This document shows positions 62,147 to 64,000 of a DNA stretch of 64,000 bases, piece after piece. This stretch comes from Squalus acanthias (lineage: Eukaryota). The notes under the pieces are model-generated. The model was not told the origin of the DNA. It saw nothing but the letters and a program-made list of their open reading frames with translations, and made no database searches. Positions within the stretch are counted from its first letter, which is position 1. Every line of letters begins with the position of its first letter. A program made the translations under genes and the position numbers. The stretch is from NCBI GenBank assembly GCA_030390025.1, contig CM059432.1:31498001-31562000 (forward strand), given 5' to 3'.

Positions 62147-63057
62147 AGTCCCATACTGTTGTGCAAAAACCTTTTATTAAACCTTCTTGTTTCAGCAGTT
62201 CCAATAGCACAGTTGTTAAGTGTATTGCCTACTGTGCAATTGAGCCATACAGACCAGGGAGGCCCAAGGCTCGATCGTCCATTTGTGCCGAGTTAGCTGA
62301 TCTCAGAGAGGGTGGCAATGGGAGAACAAACAGTTGGCTTCAATGTTTCTGGGCTAGAGAAGTGGAAAACAAAAACACAGCTCCCACTTCACATGATTAT
62401 CCACTGATTCCAACTGGAAAGAATGCACATGTGGGCATTGGGCGGGTACAGCATGTGCTCAAGGTTGGAGAGCCTGCCAACACTCACTCTCTAAGCTCTG
62501 ACATGAAGAGCAGCTAATTGGGTCTGGTATTAATGAGCTTCTAGTCTCCTTGCAACTGCGGTCAGCAAGAGTCAACCAGCCCCAACAGCAGAGGAGTGAT
62601 TTTTTATTAAAAAAACAGAATGTCTGCCGAAGTATCACCATGCAATTGGCATTTTTAAAACAACATGCCAAATGTTTTGTTCCTGTGTTTTCCTGTAATT
62701 AGCTGGAAGATGTTTTCTTTATTCTTGATCTGCAGGCCATAACTTCAACCTAACTAAGGCCTCTTTAAATGGAACGATTTGCTAAGTGCTTCCTCTTTCA
62801 TGTTTTATGATCTTTATGCCAAATAACATGACCAAATAGTTCTGTGGAGCATGATGGTTCCTGTGCTACTGGGATCTAGGAAACAGCTTCCATGGCAAGC
62901 AACTGGCCAGTAGAGACATACAGATAGATATTCTGCTGTTTTATCTAGGCATAGATGAGAAATTATACAGAACTTTCCCTCAGGGGATGAAGTAACAAAA
63001 TTGGGTCAATCAATGCAAGACCATCAGGAATCTCAAAAAATCCATCCTTTAACTTAC

Positions 63058-63150
63058 CATCACTATAGTCCTTGCGGTGGTGGGAGACGTGGTACTGCCG
63101 CGGGTATGTCCCGCCTTTTCCTGCTCTTTCACAATAGTGATTGGCATGTT
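63058..63150 (-). CDS. MAP3K22: MEKK2/3-family MAP3K exon (first in window; linker region, HANHYCERAGKGGTYPRQYHVSHHRKDYSD)
   Basis: Acceptor tctttcag|AA and donor G|gtaagt; 93 nt, phase 1-1. KGGTYPRxYHVS is characteristic of MEKK2/MEKK3. The symbol is a best guess among MAP3K2/MAP3K3/map3k22. Upstream (PB1) exons lie beyond the window. Confidence 0.92.
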
Positions 63151-63378
63151 CTGAAAGAGAAAAAAAATTAAAATTAGCCATTATTGGATGGTTTGAAAGC
63201 TACCGCAGTTCAACGATCCCTCGAAGAACCAGATAATTAAATCTCCTAACAATACTGACATGTAAGATTTCTCAGCATTTAACTTGGCTTCTTTCTTAAA
63301 ATAGATTATACAATCACCACTGCAAAAGCTGCCAAACTTGTATGCTGTGCCAACAAATGGCTTGGCTCAGTTAGTAGC

Positions 63379-64000
63379 ACTCACCATTGACCAGAAACTT
63401 AACTGGACCAGCCACATAAATACTGTGGCAACAAGAGCAGGTCAGAGGCTGGGTATTCTGCGGCGAGTACCTCACCTCCTGACTCCCCAAAGCCTTTCTA
63501 CCATCGACAAGGCACAAGTCAGGAGTGTGATGGAATACTCTCTACTTGCCTGGATGAGTGCAGCTTCAACAACACTCAAGAAGCTTGACACCATCCAGGA
63601 CAAAGCAGCCTGCTTGATTGGCACCCCATCCACCACCTTAAAAACATTCACTCCCTCCACCACCAGCGTACCGTGGCTGCAGTGTGTACCATCTACAAGA
63701 TGCACTGCAGCAACTCGCCAAGGCTTCTTCGGCAGCACCTCACAAACCTGCAACCTCTACCACCTAGGAGGACAAGGGCAGCAGGTGCATGGGAGCACCA
63801 CCACCACCAAGTTCCCCTTCGAGTCACACACCATCCTGACTTGGAAGTATATCGCTGTTCCTTCATCATCACTGGGTCAAAATCCTGGAATTCCCTCCCT
63901 AACAGCACTGTGGGAGTACCTTCACCACACGGACTGCAGCGGTTCAAGAAGGCGGCTCACCACCACCTTCTCAAGGGCAACAAGGGATGGGCAATAAATG
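63379..64000 (+). mobile_element. LINE family B 3' fragment (runs off the window)
   Basis: TIDQKLNWTSHINTVATRAGQRLG...MEYSLLAWMSA and the family tail. Confidence 0.9.

Overview
Vertebrate genomic DNA. The repeat content (HE1/V-SINE, Deu-domain SINEs, CR1, L2, Penelope, RTE, Vingi, Harbinger) points to a cartilaginous fish; the species cannot be determined from the sequence. The only host gene I can support is the 3' part of a MEKK2/MEKK3-family kinase on the minus strand. Its seven GT-AG exons (63150 to 32162, 1,103 nt) splice in frame to a complete kinase domain, and the residues best fit the third paralogue (map3k22 / MEKK3-like). Most of the remaining sequence is nested transposon material: three PIF/Harbinger elements (DDE transposase plus spliced Myb/SANT gene), two ~745-bp Harbinger-type MITEs with ATT target duplications, a full-length CR1 LINE inserted in a SINE, an RTE LINE, a Vingi fragment and Penelope ends with decayed hammerhead ribozymes. 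Three observations stand out. (1) The two MITEs share an ordered set of hairpins although the stem sequences differ. (2) A CR1-group LINE has a tRNA-like head running straight into ORF2 with no ORF1, and short head-plus-tail derivatives of it occur in the same window. (3) A composite Harbinger carries an inverted second Myb end with its own TIR. Repeat boundaries are approximate unless a TSD or TIR is quoted, and family names come from recalled consensus sequences, not database searches.
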